DNA of 64,000 nt from the NCBI GenBank assembly GCA_937996685.1, contig CALKUP010000001.1, forward strand, positions 117,571 to 181,570, given 5' to 3'. The DNA is from an uncultured bacterium. Its GTDB lineage: Bacteria > Patescibacteriota > Patescibacteriia > UBA9570 > XYC2-FULL-38-9. The notes below the pieces were generated by a model that was given only the letters and a program-made list of their open reading frames with translations, was not told the origin of the DNA and ran no database searches. Positions 21,121 through 32,206 of this stretch are shown one piece after another. The translations under genes were made by a program, and so were the position numbers. How positions within the stretch are numbered: the stretch's first letter is position 1; every line of letters begins with the position of its first letter.

Positions 21121-22938
21121 ATGAATCAAAAACATATCGCCATTCTCGACTTTGGCTCTCAATATATGCACCTCATTTCTCGCCGTATTCGGCAAATGGG
21201 CGTGCTCACAAAAATTTATCCGTCCGATGTTCCAGCCTCAGAACTTGCTGATGCGTGGGGTGTGATTTTGTCTGGTGGTCCAAATGATGTGAATGAGCAA
21301 AAAATTGCCTATGACCCAGCAATTTTTGATTTGCCAGTGCCGGTGCTCGGCTTGTGTTATGGTCATCAGTTGATGGCGCATCATTATGGCGGTGCGGTGA
21401 AATCTGGTTTTGAAAGTGAATATGGTTTGGCCGAAATTGAAGTGCATGATGATTCTTCGTTATTTAAAGGATTGCAGAAAAATGAACCAGTCTGGATGAG
21501 TCATTGGGATTCTGTGGCGGAGCTTCCGGAAGGATTTCACATGACAGCGCGTACCAAGGCGGCGTCAATCTCTGGAATGGCAGATGATGCGCGTCGTCGG
21601 TATGGTCTGCAATTCCATGTTGAAGTAGCGCATACAACACACGGTATGGCGATGCTCGAAAATTTTGTGTTTGATATTTGCAACGCAGAAAAAAACTGGA
21701 GCATGGAGCAGTATTTATTGGAATTGACGGAAAAAATTAAACAGCAAGTTGGTGAACGTAATGTCTTTTTGTTTGTATCAGGTGGAGTTGATTCAACCGT
21801 TGCGTTTGCGTTGCTTGAAAAAATTCTCGGAAAAGAGCGGGTCTATGGCTTGCATGTCGACAACGGATTTATGCGTTTGAATGAATCTGCGTTGGTGAAA
21901 CAATCGCTCGCTGCAGCGGGGTTTGAAAATTTGCATGTTGTTGAAGCGCAAGATGATTTCCTCACAGCAGTTGCAGGCGTTGCGGAACCAGAAGAAAAGC
22001 GCAATATCATTGGCCGAACTTTTATTGATGTGCAGAAAAAGATGATTGCGGAGCTGAAATTTGATCCAGCGCAATGGATGCTCGGGCAAGGAACGATTTA
22101 CCCAGACACCATTGAATCTGGCGGAACAAAAGCATCCGATACAATTAAAACGCATCACAACCGGATTCCAGAAATCATGGAAATGATTGAACAAGGTGGT
22201 GTGATTGAACCGCTGAACGAACTCTATAAAGATGAAGTACGTGAACTCGGTGCGCAACTCGGCATCCCAGCGCCGCTCTTAAACCGTTGGCCGTTTCCAG
22301 GACCAGGCCTCTCAATCCGAACGTTGTGCAATACGGAAGAAAATGTTGTTGTTGAAAACGAAGCCGAGATTGATGCGCAGATCGCACAAATTATTGAACC
22401 AGCTGGAATTTCTGGTCGCGTATTACCAGTTCGCAGTGTTGGTGTCCAAGGAGATCAGCGTTCATATCAACATCCAGCATTGTTTTTCAACGCTGAAAAA
22501 GTTACTTGGGAGAAGCTGCAAGAATTGTCTGTTGAAACAACCAATGTGGTGAAGGGTGTGAATCGTGTGGTATTGCATGTCGCTGGTGGTAATCCAGCTG
22601 TTGTGCCGCGTTTATTACAAGGAACACTGACACAAGATCGACTTGACAAACTGCGTGAGGCGGAACAAGTGATGACGCAACATGTTGCAGCTGCTGGGCT
22701 CTACAACGACATTTGGCAATTTCCGGTAATTCTTGCGCCGCTGTCATTTACTGAAGACGACACTGAAACAATTGTGTTGCGCCCGATTGAATCACAAGAG
22801 GCGATGACCGTGAATTTCTATCCAATGAGCCAGCAAGTATTGCAAGATATGGCGAAAGAGCTGCTTGCTATCGAGGGGATTGGCGCGGTATTATTCGACA
22901 TTACCAATAAACCACCCGCAACAATTGAGTGGGAATAA
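21121..22938 (+). CDS. guaA: GMP synthase (glutamine-hydrolysing).
   Basis: The GATase triad region is LGLCYGHQLM. The ATP-pyrophosphatase P-loop is FVSGGVDSTV. At 605 aa it is longer than the typical ~520 aa. Confidence 0.9.
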   Translation: MNQKHIAILDFGSQYMHLISRRIRQMGVLTKIYPSDVPASELADAWGVILSGGPNDVNEQKIAYDPAIFDLPVPVLGLCYGHQLMAHHYGGAVKSGFESEYGLAEIEVHDDSSLFKGLQKNEPVWMSHWDSVAELPEGFHMTARTKAASISGMADDARRRYGLQFHVEVAHTTHGMAMLENFVFDICNAEKNWSMEQYLLELTEKIKQQVGERNVFLFVSGGVDSTVAFALLEKILGKERVYGLHVDNGFMRLNESALVKQSLAAAGFENLHVVEAQDDFLTAVAGVAEPEEKRNIIGRTFIDVQKKMIAELKFDPAQWMLGQGTIYPDTIESGGTKASDTIKTHHNRIPEIMEMIEQGGVIEPLNELYKDEVRELGAQLGIPAPLLNRWPFPGPGLSIRTLCNTEENVVVENEAEIDAQIAQIIEPAGISGRVLPVRSVGVQGDQRSYQHPALFFNAEKVTWEKLQELSVETTNVVKGVNRVVLHVAGGNPAVVPRLLQGTLTQDRLDKLREAEQVMTQHVAAAGLYNDIWQFPVILAPLSFTEDDTETIVLRPIESQEAMTVNFYPMSQQVLQDMAKELLAIEGIGAVLFDITNKPPATIEWE

Positions 22939-22963
22939 AGTCATTGAAGCATTGACTTTTTTA
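22938..22963 (+). terminator. Terminator after guaA.
   Basis: Stem aagtca / tgactt with a 9-nt loop, followed by a T6 run. Confidence 0.5.
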
Positions 22964-23022
22964 TAAAAAAATGGTACTATAATTATATAGTAGTGTTTTA
23001 CTATTAAAAAAATAAAAAAAAT

Positions 23023-24192
23023 ATGGGTTTTGAACGAAAATTACGCACATTTGCCGCAGCAGCGGGTTTAGCGGCAGCAAGCGGTGAGACGCGTCCAGCG
23101 GAGGCAATGGATGTGCAGCCACCAACAGAGCAAGTCGACGCAACTGATCCGCGGATTGCACGGTTGCCAGAACAAGTACGAGAACATCTCGTGACAGACA
23201 TTAAGACCGAAGCAAAGCGGTTTGTTGCGTATGTAAAAGATCCAGATATTGCATTGAGTGCCGCAGAGTCTGGAACAAATGTTTCAGAAGGACGCATGGG
23301 ACTAGAAGTAACAAAGGACGATATCAATCGTTGGATGTTTAACCCACAAGGCTTTGCGAGTCGTGAAAATCTTGGCGAAGGTGTCTTATGGACCCAAGAA
23401 GAGTTGGATCGTATGCAGGCTGGAGGTGTTGTTTCTCGGACAATGTCAGATACAGCACTGCGGCGCATGGCACCAGAACATGACCTTCCATTTTATCTTA
23501 CTGACACAATGGGCTTGTTGGCGGAAATGGATCAACGATTAGAGCATGGGCAAGATGCGTTTAATCCATTACGAAATGAAAAATTATCAAAAGAAGAGAA
23601 GCGCGCATTTGTAGTTTCTCTCACTGAAGCGTTTGGGTACACTGGTCCATTACTTCATTTTGTTCATGAAGAGCAGAAAAATAGCACAAACCATGAAACA
23701 CAAAAAACAAGTGCGTCTCGTGAAAAAGTGCGACATGGAGATGTTGTGGCGGCTGGCTTAGAACAAACCCGTATGTATGTAGAATATCTCCAAAGTCTTG
23801 TGGATCAATATCCGCAAACAGGTGAAATTTCATATGCAGAATATCGTGAGTTCGTGCAGCGTCTTGCAACATTGAGCGACTATATTCCACAGGCGAATTT
23901 AGTTCGTGGTGGATATGATGAATATTCACAACTTGCTGATTTACAAGCAGAGATTCTTGCAGCGGATACTGCAACAGGCGGTGCTATTGCTATAGCGGTT
24001 GAAGATTTGCATAAATCTGTTGAGTTTATGAAAGCTCGTGTCTCTGCTGCTGATCGTGCTAAATTTTTGCACGATCATAAAGATGCACTTGATGAGCAAG
24101 TTACTCGAGAACTTGCAAAAGTAACAGGTGAGAAACCATCTCAGTATCAAAAAGACGCAATCGAACGAACGATTGCACCTGAGCTGAGATAA
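23023..24192 (+). CDS. Hypothetical protein, possibly secreted.
   Basis: 389 aa. The N-terminus is Ala-rich and hydrophobic (LRTFAAAAGLAAASG). No family was recognised. Confidence 0.5.
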   Translation: MGFERKLRTFAAAAGLAAASGETRPAEAMDVQPPTEQVDATDPRIARLPEQVREHLVTDIKTEAKRFVAYVKDPDIALSAAESGTNVSEGRMGLEVTKDDINRWMFNPQGFASRENLGEGVLWTQEELDRMQAGGVVSRTMSDTALRRMAPEHDLPFYLTDTMGLLAEMDQRLEHGQDAFNPLRNEKLSKEEKRAFVVSLTEAFGYTGPLLHFVHEEQKNSTNHETQKTSASREKVRHGDVVAAGLEQTRMYVEYLQSLVDQYPQTGEISYAEYREFVQRLATLSDYIPQANLVRGGYDEYSQLADLQAEILAADTATGGAIAIAVEDLHKSVEFMKARVSAADRAKFLHDHKDALDEQVTRELAKVTGEKPSQYQKDAIERTIAPELR

Positions 24193-24207
24193 GGTTGGTT
24201 CATCTCA

Positions 24208-24237
24208 AAAAGCCCCTTTGAACGGGGCTTTTTTTGT
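24208..24237 (+). terminator. Rho-independent terminator.
   Basis: Stem agcccc / ggggct with loop tttgaac, followed by a T7 run. Confidence 0.7.
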
Positions 24238-24247
24238 GGTATAATAA

Positions 24248-26680
24248 ATGCCTATGCCAGCAAAAAAGAAGGTCACACCTGATGATGACACACCAAAAAA
24301 ACGCAAACGCGCGAAAAAAGCCGTTGAAATTGAAGAATTTGAAGATGACGAAGAAGAGGATGATGCAGAATTGTTCCAATTTTCTGATGAACACGGAACA
24401 CAACGCGGGTTAACAGTGATTTTTTTCTTTAGTATTGCAGTGTTGTCGTTCTTGTCGTTTATTGATGCGGCAGGGGATCTTGGAATCTGGATTGATACCG
24501 GCCTCGGCTGGTTGTTTGGTTGGGGGCGATATATGATGACCGTTGTGTTTGCGGCTCTTGGATATGTGTTGTTACACCCAAATCGATATCAAGTGCGCGC
24601 AGTCAATTGGGTTGGTGCAGTGTTATTCGTTTTATCAAGTTTGGCAATTATTCATTTATGGATTCCAATTGATCAGTCAGTGGCTGTGCTTGCTGATGGT
24701 CGAGGCGGCGGACTGTTTGGTGTGTTGCTGGCATTTCCGTTGTTAAAATATGCTGGTGTGTTTGCATCTGTTGTGATTTTACTTGCCTTGTTTATCGCTT
24801 CAATTCTCATGATGTTTGAAACATCATTAAATGCGTTGCTTGATGTGATTGGTTCTGTACGCGTTTTAGCAAAACCAGTGGAATGGATTCGAAAGCGAAT
24901 TACTGCACGTCGGTATGGATATACATTAGATGAGGATTCAGATGAAGACGACGAAGAGGAGTGGGAAGAAATTGAGGATGATGAAGAAATCGAAGAAGAG
25001 GTGGAAGCACCTGTGTTCACGACAGCAGAATTGCAAGACCGAACGGAAGAAGCGGCGATTGATCCAACGTCTGCTGAGCAGTTAGAGTTTGTTCCACAAA
25101 AACCAAAACGCCGCCGCACAAAAGTCGATATGCCACTTGATTTATTGGTGCGCAGTACAGACAAGCCAATGAGTGGCGACATTGAAGGCAACAAAGAAAA
25201 GATCCGATCGACGTTTGAAAATTTCCGCATTGACGTTGAAATGGAAGAGGTGAGTGTTGGCCCAATGGTGACGCAATATGCATTGAAGCCGGCGCAAGGG
25301 GTGAAACTCACGCAGATTACATCACTGAGCAATGATCTTGCACTCGCACTTGCTGCGCATCCAATTCGTATTGAAGCGCCAATTCCAGGAAAGTCACAAG
25401 TCGGTATTGAAGTCCCAAACAAAACAACTGCGACTGTCCGTTTGCGTGATTTGTTGGAATCCAAAGAATTCAAAAAACGTGAAGATAATTTGATGTTCTG
25501 TATTGGTCGTGATGTCTCTGGAAAAACTGCGATGGTGTCGGTGAACAAAATGCCGCATGTATTGATTGCGGGTGCGACCGGTTCTGGAAAATCAGTTGGT
25601 ATCAATAGTTTGATTGTATCGCTCTTGTATCAAAATTCACCAGATGATTTGAAATTCATCATGGTCGATCCGAAGCGTGTGGAATTGTCTGTCTATAATG
25701 GTATTCCACATTTACTCACACCGGTCATTACTGATGTTGAAAAAACGGTGAACTCATTGAAATGGGCAGTGACAGAAATGGACCGTCGATATGAAGTCTT
25801 GTCACGAGCGGGCAAACGAAATATTGAAGGTTATAATGCAGCGGCGAATAATGAAGAGCGCATGCCATATATCGTCTTTATTATTGATGAATTAGCGGAC
25901 ATTATGTCTGTGGCGTCGACCTCTGTTGAAGCGGCGATTGTGCGTTTGTCTCAAATGTCTCGTGCGGTCGGAATCCATCTTGTGCTTGCAACGCAGCGCC
26001 CATCCGTCAATGTCATCACCGGTTTAATTAAAGCCAATATGCCAACGCGTATTGCGTTTGCGGTCACATCATTAGTTGATTCCCGAACAATTTTGGATTT
26101 CTCCGGCGCGGAAAAATTACTTGGTCGTGGTGATATGCTCTACATTGATCCAAGTACCAGTAAACCACGTCGCTATCAAGGTGCGTATATTGATGAAACT
26201 GAAATTGAAAAAGTCGTTGAATTTTTGAAAGAAGAAGCTGGCGAGCCGGATTACGATTCAAACATCACCGATAAAATTTCAGTCAAAGGTGTCCCAGGAA
26301 TGGTCAGTGATGGGATGGGAAGTGACGAAGATGAGTTGTTGGATGAAGCGAAGAAAGTGTTGTTGCAAGCCGGCAAAGCTTCTGCGTCATTGTTGCAACG
26401 TCGTTTACGAGTCGGATATGCGCGCGCTGCTCGCATCTTGGATATCCTTGAAGAGCAAGGATTTATTGGACCTGCAGAAGGCAGTAAGCCCCGTGAAATT
26501 TTGGCAACAGAAGAAGATCTTGGTCCTGCTGATGAAGAATCAGAAGATGACGAAGAAGGTGAATATGAAGATGATCCGTTAGATGAGGTGACAACTGATG
26601 ACGAGGAAGAGGACGACGAAGATGCATTGGAAGAAGACGATGAGGAGGATGAAGATTCGCAGGAGATTGAGCGTGTATAA
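24248..26680 (+). CDS. ftsK: DNA translocase FtsK/SpoIIIE, with poly-acidic N- and C-terminal extensions.
   Basis: Four N-terminal TM helices. Walker A is GATGSGKSVGINSLIVSLLY. LVLATQRPSVNVITGLIKAN and a C-terminal winged-helix region are present. Its acidic tails are unusual. Confidence 0.9.
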   Translation: MPMPAKKKVTPDDDTPKKRKRAKKAVEIEEFEDDEEEDDAELFQFSDEHGTQRGLTVIFFFSIAVLSFLSFIDAAGDLGIWIDTGLGWLFGWGRYMMTVVFAALGYVLLHPNRYQVRAVNWVGAVLFVLSSLAIIHLWIPIDQSVAVLADGRGGGLFGVLLAFPLLKYAGVFASVVILLALFIASILMMFETSLNALLDVIGSVRVLAKPVEWIRKRITARRYGYTLDEDSDEDDEEEWEEIEDDEEIEEEVEAPVFTTAELQDRTEEAAIDPTSAEQLEFVPQKPKRRRTKVDMPLDLLVRSTDKPMSGDIEGNKEKIRSTFENFRIDVEMEEVSVGPMVTQYALKPAQGVKLTQITSLSNDLALALAAHPIRIEAPIPGKSQVGIEVPNKTTATVRLRDLLESKEFKKREDNLMFCIGRDVSGKTAMVSVNKMPHVLIAGATGSGKSVGINSLIVSLLYQNSPDDLKFIMVDPKRVELSVYNGIPHLLTPVITDVEKTVNSLKWAVTEMDRRYEVLSRAGKRNIEGYNAAANNEERMPYIVFIIDELADIMSVASTSVEAAIVRLSQMSRAVGIHLVLATQRPSVNVITGLIKANMPTRIAFAVTSLVDSRTILDFSGAEKLLGRGDMLYIDPSTSKPRRYQGAYIDETEIEKVVEFLKEEAGEPDYDSNITDKISVKGVPGMVSDGMGSDEDELLDEAKKVLLQAGKASASLLQRRLRVGYARAARILDILEEQGFIGPAEGSKPREILATEEDLGPADEESEDDEEGEYEDDPLDEVTTDDEEEDDEDALEEDDEEDEDSQEIERV

Positions 26681-26682
26681 GA

Positions 26683-27432
26683 ATGATAAATCCATTTCAG
26701 AAAAAACCAATCGACAGCAAACAAACTCTCGGTGAAATTTTGCAGGCCGCGCGGGCAGAAAAAAATATTGATCTTGAAACTGCGAGCAAGCACACCAAAA
26801 TTAATCGTGTCTTTTTGACTGCGCTTGAAAAGGGGCGATATGCGGCATTGCCGTCACCGGTGTATATTCGCAATTATGTGACGGTGTATGCGAAATATCT
26901 TGGTATTCCGTGGGATTTTATTGCAGAGCAATACGAAAAAGAAATTGCGACGTATCAAGATGTGCCAAAAGCACTCCATGAACAAGTTGGACAATTGTTG
27001 CCGAATGCAAAAAAACAACAGACAGCAAAAAAGATTGTTGTGACACGGACGCGTGAACATACGCATGCAATTTTAGTTCCGCAGCTTGTGAAATTCGGTG
27101 TTGTTGGGTTGCTCGCGCTCGCATTTTTGCTCTACGTCACAATTCAATTAGTTCGGTTATATAACCCACCAATGCTTGATGTCACAAATCCAGCGTCTGA
27201 CTTTCAAACAACCACCGAAAAAATTACCATCGCTGGAACAACATCTCCTGAAGCGACAATTGAAATCAACGGTCAACGGCAAGACGTTGGCTTTGATGGG
27301 CAATTTTCAGCAGAGCTCTATGTGAAGGATGGGTTGAATACGATTCGTGTCACCAGTCAATTCAAACACAGTAAAAAAAGGGAAGTGATTCGCCAAGTAT
27401 TGTTTGACGCAGAGGCAAAAAGCGGCCAATAA
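26683..27432 (+). CDS. RodZ-like cytoskeletal protein (XRE-type HTH plus one TM segment).
   Basis: The N-terminal HTH is LGEILQAARAEKNIDLETASKHTKI. It is followed by YIRNYVTVYAKYLGI (compare the YIRGYxRsYARLLGL of RodZ) and one TM helix. It overlaps the ftsK stop. Confidence 0.55.
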   Translation: MINPFQKKPIDSKQTLGEILQAARAEKNIDLETASKHTKINRVFLTALEKGRYAALPSPVYIRNYVTVYAKYLGIPWDFIAEQYEKEIATYQDVPKALHEQVGQLLPNAKKQQTAKKIVVTRTREHTHAILVPQLVKFGVVGLLALAFLLYVTIQLVRLYNPPMLDVTNPASDFQTTTEKITIAGTTSPEATIEINGQRQDVGFDGQFSAELYVKDGLNTIRVTSQFKHSKKREVIRQVLFDAEAKSGQ

Positions 27433-27435
27433 CAC

Positions 27436-27520
27436 ACTTCGGTTTTTATTCGGTTATCCACAGGTTGTGCGAAACCCTCTTTTGACTTCGGTTTTTATTC
27501 GGGTATACTATAGAGGTCAC
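27436..27520 (+). repeat. Two copies of a ~22-bp direct repeat (acttcggtttttattcggKtat) upstream of recA. This is a candidate operator.
   Basis: cttcggtttttattcggttatcc and cttcggtttttattcgggtatac lie about 50 bp apart in the recA 5' region. Confidence 0.45.
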
Positions 27521-27551
27521 CCTAGATATATAAATGAATTAAATTATTCGT

Positions 27552-28604
27552 ATGGCAACAAAAAAAGATGTTGAACCAAAAGAAGCAAAGACTGTAAAAG
27601 AGGTTAAAGAAGACGGGAAGCAGCAGGCAGCGCAGCTCGCAATTGCACAAATTCGTGATCGATTCGGCGAAGGATCGATCATGAAGCTCGGGGATTCAAA
27701 ACATATGAATGTTGAATCAGTGCCGAGTGGTTGTCTCTCTTTGGACTTGGCTCTTGGGGTCGGAGGAATGCCACGTGGTCGCGTTGTTGAAATTTATGGG
27801 CCAGAATCATCTGGTAAAACCACTTTAGCGCAACATGTGATTGCAGAAGTGCAAAAGATGGGCGGAACAGCAGCGTTTATTGACGCAGAACATGCGCTGG
27901 ATCCTGAATATGCAAAAAAGATTGGCATCAACACAAATGACATGTTGATTTCTCAACCAGACAATGGTGAGCAAGCGCTTGAAATTTTAGAAACACTGGT
28001 ACGATCAAATGCAGTTGACGTGATTGTTGTCGACTCTGTTGCAGCACTCACTCCACGTGCTGAAATTGAAGGGGATATGGGAGATTCTCATATGGGTTTG
28101 CAAGCGCGTTTAATGAGTCAGGCGCTTCGTAAGTTGACAAGTATCATTTCAAAAACAAACTGCGTTGTGATTTTCATCAACCAAACCCGAATGAAAATTG
28201 GCGTTGTGTTTGGTAATCCAGAAACAACAACTGGTGGAACAGCGTTGAAATTTTATTCTTCTGTGCGTATTGAAGTGCGTCGCGCAGCCCAAATTAAAAA
28301 GGGTGAAGTGACAATCGGTAATCGTGTGAAAGTCAAAATTGTGAAAAATAAAGTGGCCGCTCCATTCCGTACAACAGAATTCGACATTATGTACAATGAA
28401 GGTATTAGTTTATCCGGCGACTTACTTGATACTGGTGTCGCATTAGAATCAATTAAGAAAAGTGGAAATACCTATTCATTCGGTGAAGAAAAACTTGGTG
28501 TTGGTCGTGAAGCAGCGAAGCAATATTTGAATGAGCATCCAAAACTGATGAAGGATATTCGAAAAGCCGTAATGACAAGTGTTGCAGAAAGTAAAAATAA
28601 ATAA
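27552..28604 (+). CDS. recA: Recombinase RecA.
   Basis: Walker A is [11 protein letters not shown]. The rest is a classical RecA sequence. 350 aa. Confidence 0.96.
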   Translation: MATKKDVEPKEAKTVKEVKEDGKQQAAQLAIAQIRDRFGEGSIMKLGDSKHMNVESVPSGCLSLDLALGVGGMPRGRVVEIYGPESSGKTTLAQHVIAEVQKMGGTAAFIDAEHALDPEYAKKIGINTNDMLISQPDNGEQALEILETLVRSNAVDVIVVDSVAALTPRAEIEGDMGDSHMGLQARLMSQALRKLTSIISKTNCVVIFINQTRMKIGVVFGNPETTTGGTALKFYSSVRIEVRRAAQIKKGEVTIGNRVKVKIVKNKVAAPFRTTEFDIMYNEGISLSGDLLDTGVALESIKKSGNTYSFGEEKLGVGREAAKQYLNEHPKLMKDIRKAVMTSVAESKNK

Positions 28605-28625
28605 AGAGACAGTACTCTTTCAAAA

Positions 28626-28653
28626 AAGACCAAGGATTACTTGGTCTTTTTTA
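28626..28653. terminator. Bidirectional terminator between recA and the convergent membrane-protein gene.
   Basis: Stem gaccaag / cttggtc, a T6 run on the plus strand, and an A6 run upstream that serves the minus strand. Confidence 0.65.
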
Positions 28654-29044
28654 GTTGCTGACGTTTCTTTTGAATACCGCGCTGTATAATGTAATAGACT
28701 TCAACTGCAAGGCCAGCTAGTAGTGCGTCAATAAAAGCGGTGATCACCATTTGCGGAACTATAGAAAATAGCGCAGCAACTGAGAAGTTGCTCACGACAA
28801 CAAATAATGATTGCAAGAGACCAATGATTGCACCGACAAATACCCCGACAACAGCAGAGACTTTCCATGATTCTCGGATTGCAATAGTGTATCGACTAAT
28901 CATATAGACAACAAACAGATGTACCCCAATCAAGATATAGAGTTGATAGACATTAAAGTAGGCAGCGCATGATAAGGCTGTGCTGCCAATGACAGTCCAG
29001 AAGAGTTTTTCGAGGAAATACTCGGTACGTTCGGTCGGTTCCAT
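28637..29044 (-). CDS. Small integral membrane protein (about 4 TM helices).
   Basis: 135 aa, strongly hydrophobic with TM-like segments, and a basic C-terminal tail. Confidence 0.45.
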   Translation of the reverse strand: MEPTERTEYFLEKLFWTVIGSTALSCAAYFNVYQLYILIGVHLFVVYMISRYTIAIRESWKVSAVVGVFVGAIIGLLQSLFVVVSNFSVAALFSIVPQMVITAFIDALLAGLAVEVYYIIQRGIQKKRQQLKKTK

Positions 29045-29100
29045 ATGCAGCCTATTGTATCATAAAATTGTCTGTGTTAGGGTGTTTTTGGAGGTGAGTT

Positions 29101-29187
29101 ATGCCGTTTGGTCGGTCATTGGCAGAATTGACTGTGGTTATCGTAGTTCTGGTCGCCTTCGCGATGTACTGCGTGTCTCGGCCATGA
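29101..29187 (+). CDS. Tiny hydrophobic peptide 1 (28 aa, MPFGRSLAELTVVIVVLVAFAMYCVSRP) in GC-rich island D.
   Basis: A strong SD, GGAGGTG, ends 4 nt before the ATG. It has a single TM-like core. Its stop overlaps the next start as ATGA. Confidence 0.4.
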   Translation: MPFGRSLAELTVVIVVLVAFAMYCVSRP

Positions 29188-29315
29188 GCGGCGGGAACAT
29201 TCCGCATGGACTTGGCGACATCATCCTCGGGGTGGCTGTCTTCGTAGTTTTCGTGGCGGCGCTTTCTTGCGCTGGGTTCATGTATATGGTTGGGACTTTC
29301 TTCGGATTGTTCTGA
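29184..29315 (+). CDS. Tiny hydrophobic peptide 2 (43 aa, MSGGNIPHGLGDIILGVAVFVVFVAALSCAGFMYMVGTFFGLF), translationally coupled to peptide 1.
   Basis: ATGA start/stop overlap. It has a GxxxG-containing TM segment. It corresponds to the 3' part of ORF-track 28980..29315, whose 5' part overlaps the opposite-strand gene. Confidence 0.4.
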   Translation: MSGGNIPHGLGDIILGVAVFVVFVAALSCAGFMYMVGTFFGLF

Positions 29316-29354
29316 CCCTTTGTCTATTAGATAGGTTTTAGTATACTGCTCAAT

Positions 29355-30179
29355 ATGGAGTTTAAAGCAATAAACCCAAAAACAGAAAAATCACAAGGAG
29401 TGGGTGTTGATTTTTCTGTGGAAAATTTTGGCAATTTTATTGTTGTTCATTCTTCAGAGGGGAGAGCTCTACGGTTGAATGGCGGACTTGAAATTAAGCG
29501 TATTAATAATGAGCAGTGCAGTTTTTTGGTTTCCCTGGATAAGGAAGGTCTTCATGCTGCATATATACCGGGAGTTGATATTTTCCGCATTGGAAAAGGA
29601 GTTTTATCTGACTTTGAAAAGGATCCATTGATTGCTGATAGAGTGTTTGCTCATGAAGCAGCGCATAGAAGGTTTTTTCAATCGTCAAAAATGGAACAAG
29701 CCACACTGGCTGATGGCATGTATTTGGATAATCCCGAAGCTTTTCAGCGGCTTACTCATTCTTTTTATAATTCTAGATTAGGTAAATCCTACGCAGGAGT
29801 GCATGGCCACGATTTTAATGTCGGTGATTTTTTAACGAAAGGAAAAAAATCAGGTTTAAGAGATGACCGTGTTTTTCAATTAACTGAAAGTGATGACATG
29901 AGGTTGGGATTATTTGTGACAGAGATGCTTTCTTATATGTCTCCATTATTCCTCCCTAACGGTCAATTAGAGTTTGAAAAAGAAGCGGCTGGGTATAAAG
30001 ATCCTGTATCGGGAGGTTCTTTTTTTGAAAACTTATATAGAATGTATACTGTTCTCATGGATATGCCTGACCGACAAAAAATACAATATACATCTTTATT
30101 TCGTGACGCTTCCCCTCAGTCACTCTCAGTTTTTCGGCAATTTATTGCTGATGTTCAAAAAAAACAGAAGCGCCAATAA
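29355..30179 (+). CDS. Hypothetical protein with an HExxH (HEAAH) motif. It is a possible zinc metallopeptidase-like protein.
   Basis: 274 aa with native AT-rich codons. The only recognisable feature is AHEAAHRRF. Confidence 0.4.
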   Translation: MEFKAINPKTEKSQGVGVDFSVENFGNFIVVHSSEGRALRLNGGLEIKRINNEQCSFLVSLDKEGLHAAYIPGVDIFRIGKGVLSDFEKDPLIADRVFAHEAAHRRFFQSSKMEQATLADGMYLDNPEAFQRLTHSFYNSRLGKSYAGVHGHDFNVGDFLTKGKKSGLRDDRVFQLTESDDMRLGLFVTEMLSYMSPLFLPNGQLEFEKEAAGYKDPVSGGSFFENLYRMYTVLMDMPDRQKIQYTSLFRDASPQSLSVFRQFIADVQKKQKRQ

Positions 30180-30180
30180 A

Positions 30181-30212
30181 AAAAAGATGAGACTTGAAGT
30201 CTCATCTTTTTG
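30181..30212. terminator. Bidirectional terminator between the 29355 gene and groEL.
   Basis: Stem gatgagac / gtctcatc with loop ttgaa. It is flanked by an A5 run and a T5 run. Confidence 0.7.
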
Positions 30213-30226
30213 CATACACGAATGAT

Positions 30227-31882
<1,656 letters not shown>

Positions 31883-31890
31883 TCAAATAA

Positions 31891-32169
31891 TTATTTAATA
31901 ACAGCAAGCACTTCTTTGTCTGTCAGAATTTTGAATTCTTTCGTTTTGTCGTCAGTTTCAATGTCGTCTCCGCCGTATTTGCCAAATAAGACAACATCGC
32001 CAACAGCAAGTGATAGGGCAGTGATTTTTTCGCCATTACCAATGGCAACAATTGTGCCTTCTGCCTTTTTTTCTTTTGCAGAATCTGGCAAGACAATTCC
32101 ACTGGCTGTGGTTGTTTCAGTTTGTTTGACTTCGACAAGAAGTCGATCACCTAACGGTTGAATCGCCAT
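31891..32169 (-). CDS. groS: Co-chaperonin GroES (10 kDa).
   Basis: 92 aa. It is a classical GroES sequence (IQPLGDRLLVEV...) immediately upstream of groEL. Confidence 0.92.
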   Translation of the reverse strand: MAIQPLGDRLLVEVKQTETTTASGIVLPDSAKEKKAEGTIVAIGNGEKITALSLAVGDVVLFGKYGGDDIETDDKTKEFKILTDKEVLAVIK

Positions 32170-32206
32170 AAAAATAGAAAAATTAATGAATAAATATAGA
32201 TGTAGA

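Noticed and set aside
24673-26793. Minus-strand ORFs of 310 aa and 180 aa, Ser-rich, lie antisense to ftsK.
   Set aside because: They are antisense to a confidently identified ftsK. Their low-complexity Ser runs arise from the complement of GAA/GAT acidic codon runs.
27433-27551. Searched for a LexA SOS box (CTGT-N8-ACAG or GAAC-N4-GTTC) upstream of recA.
   Set aside because: No match was seen. Only the 22-bp direct repeat is present.
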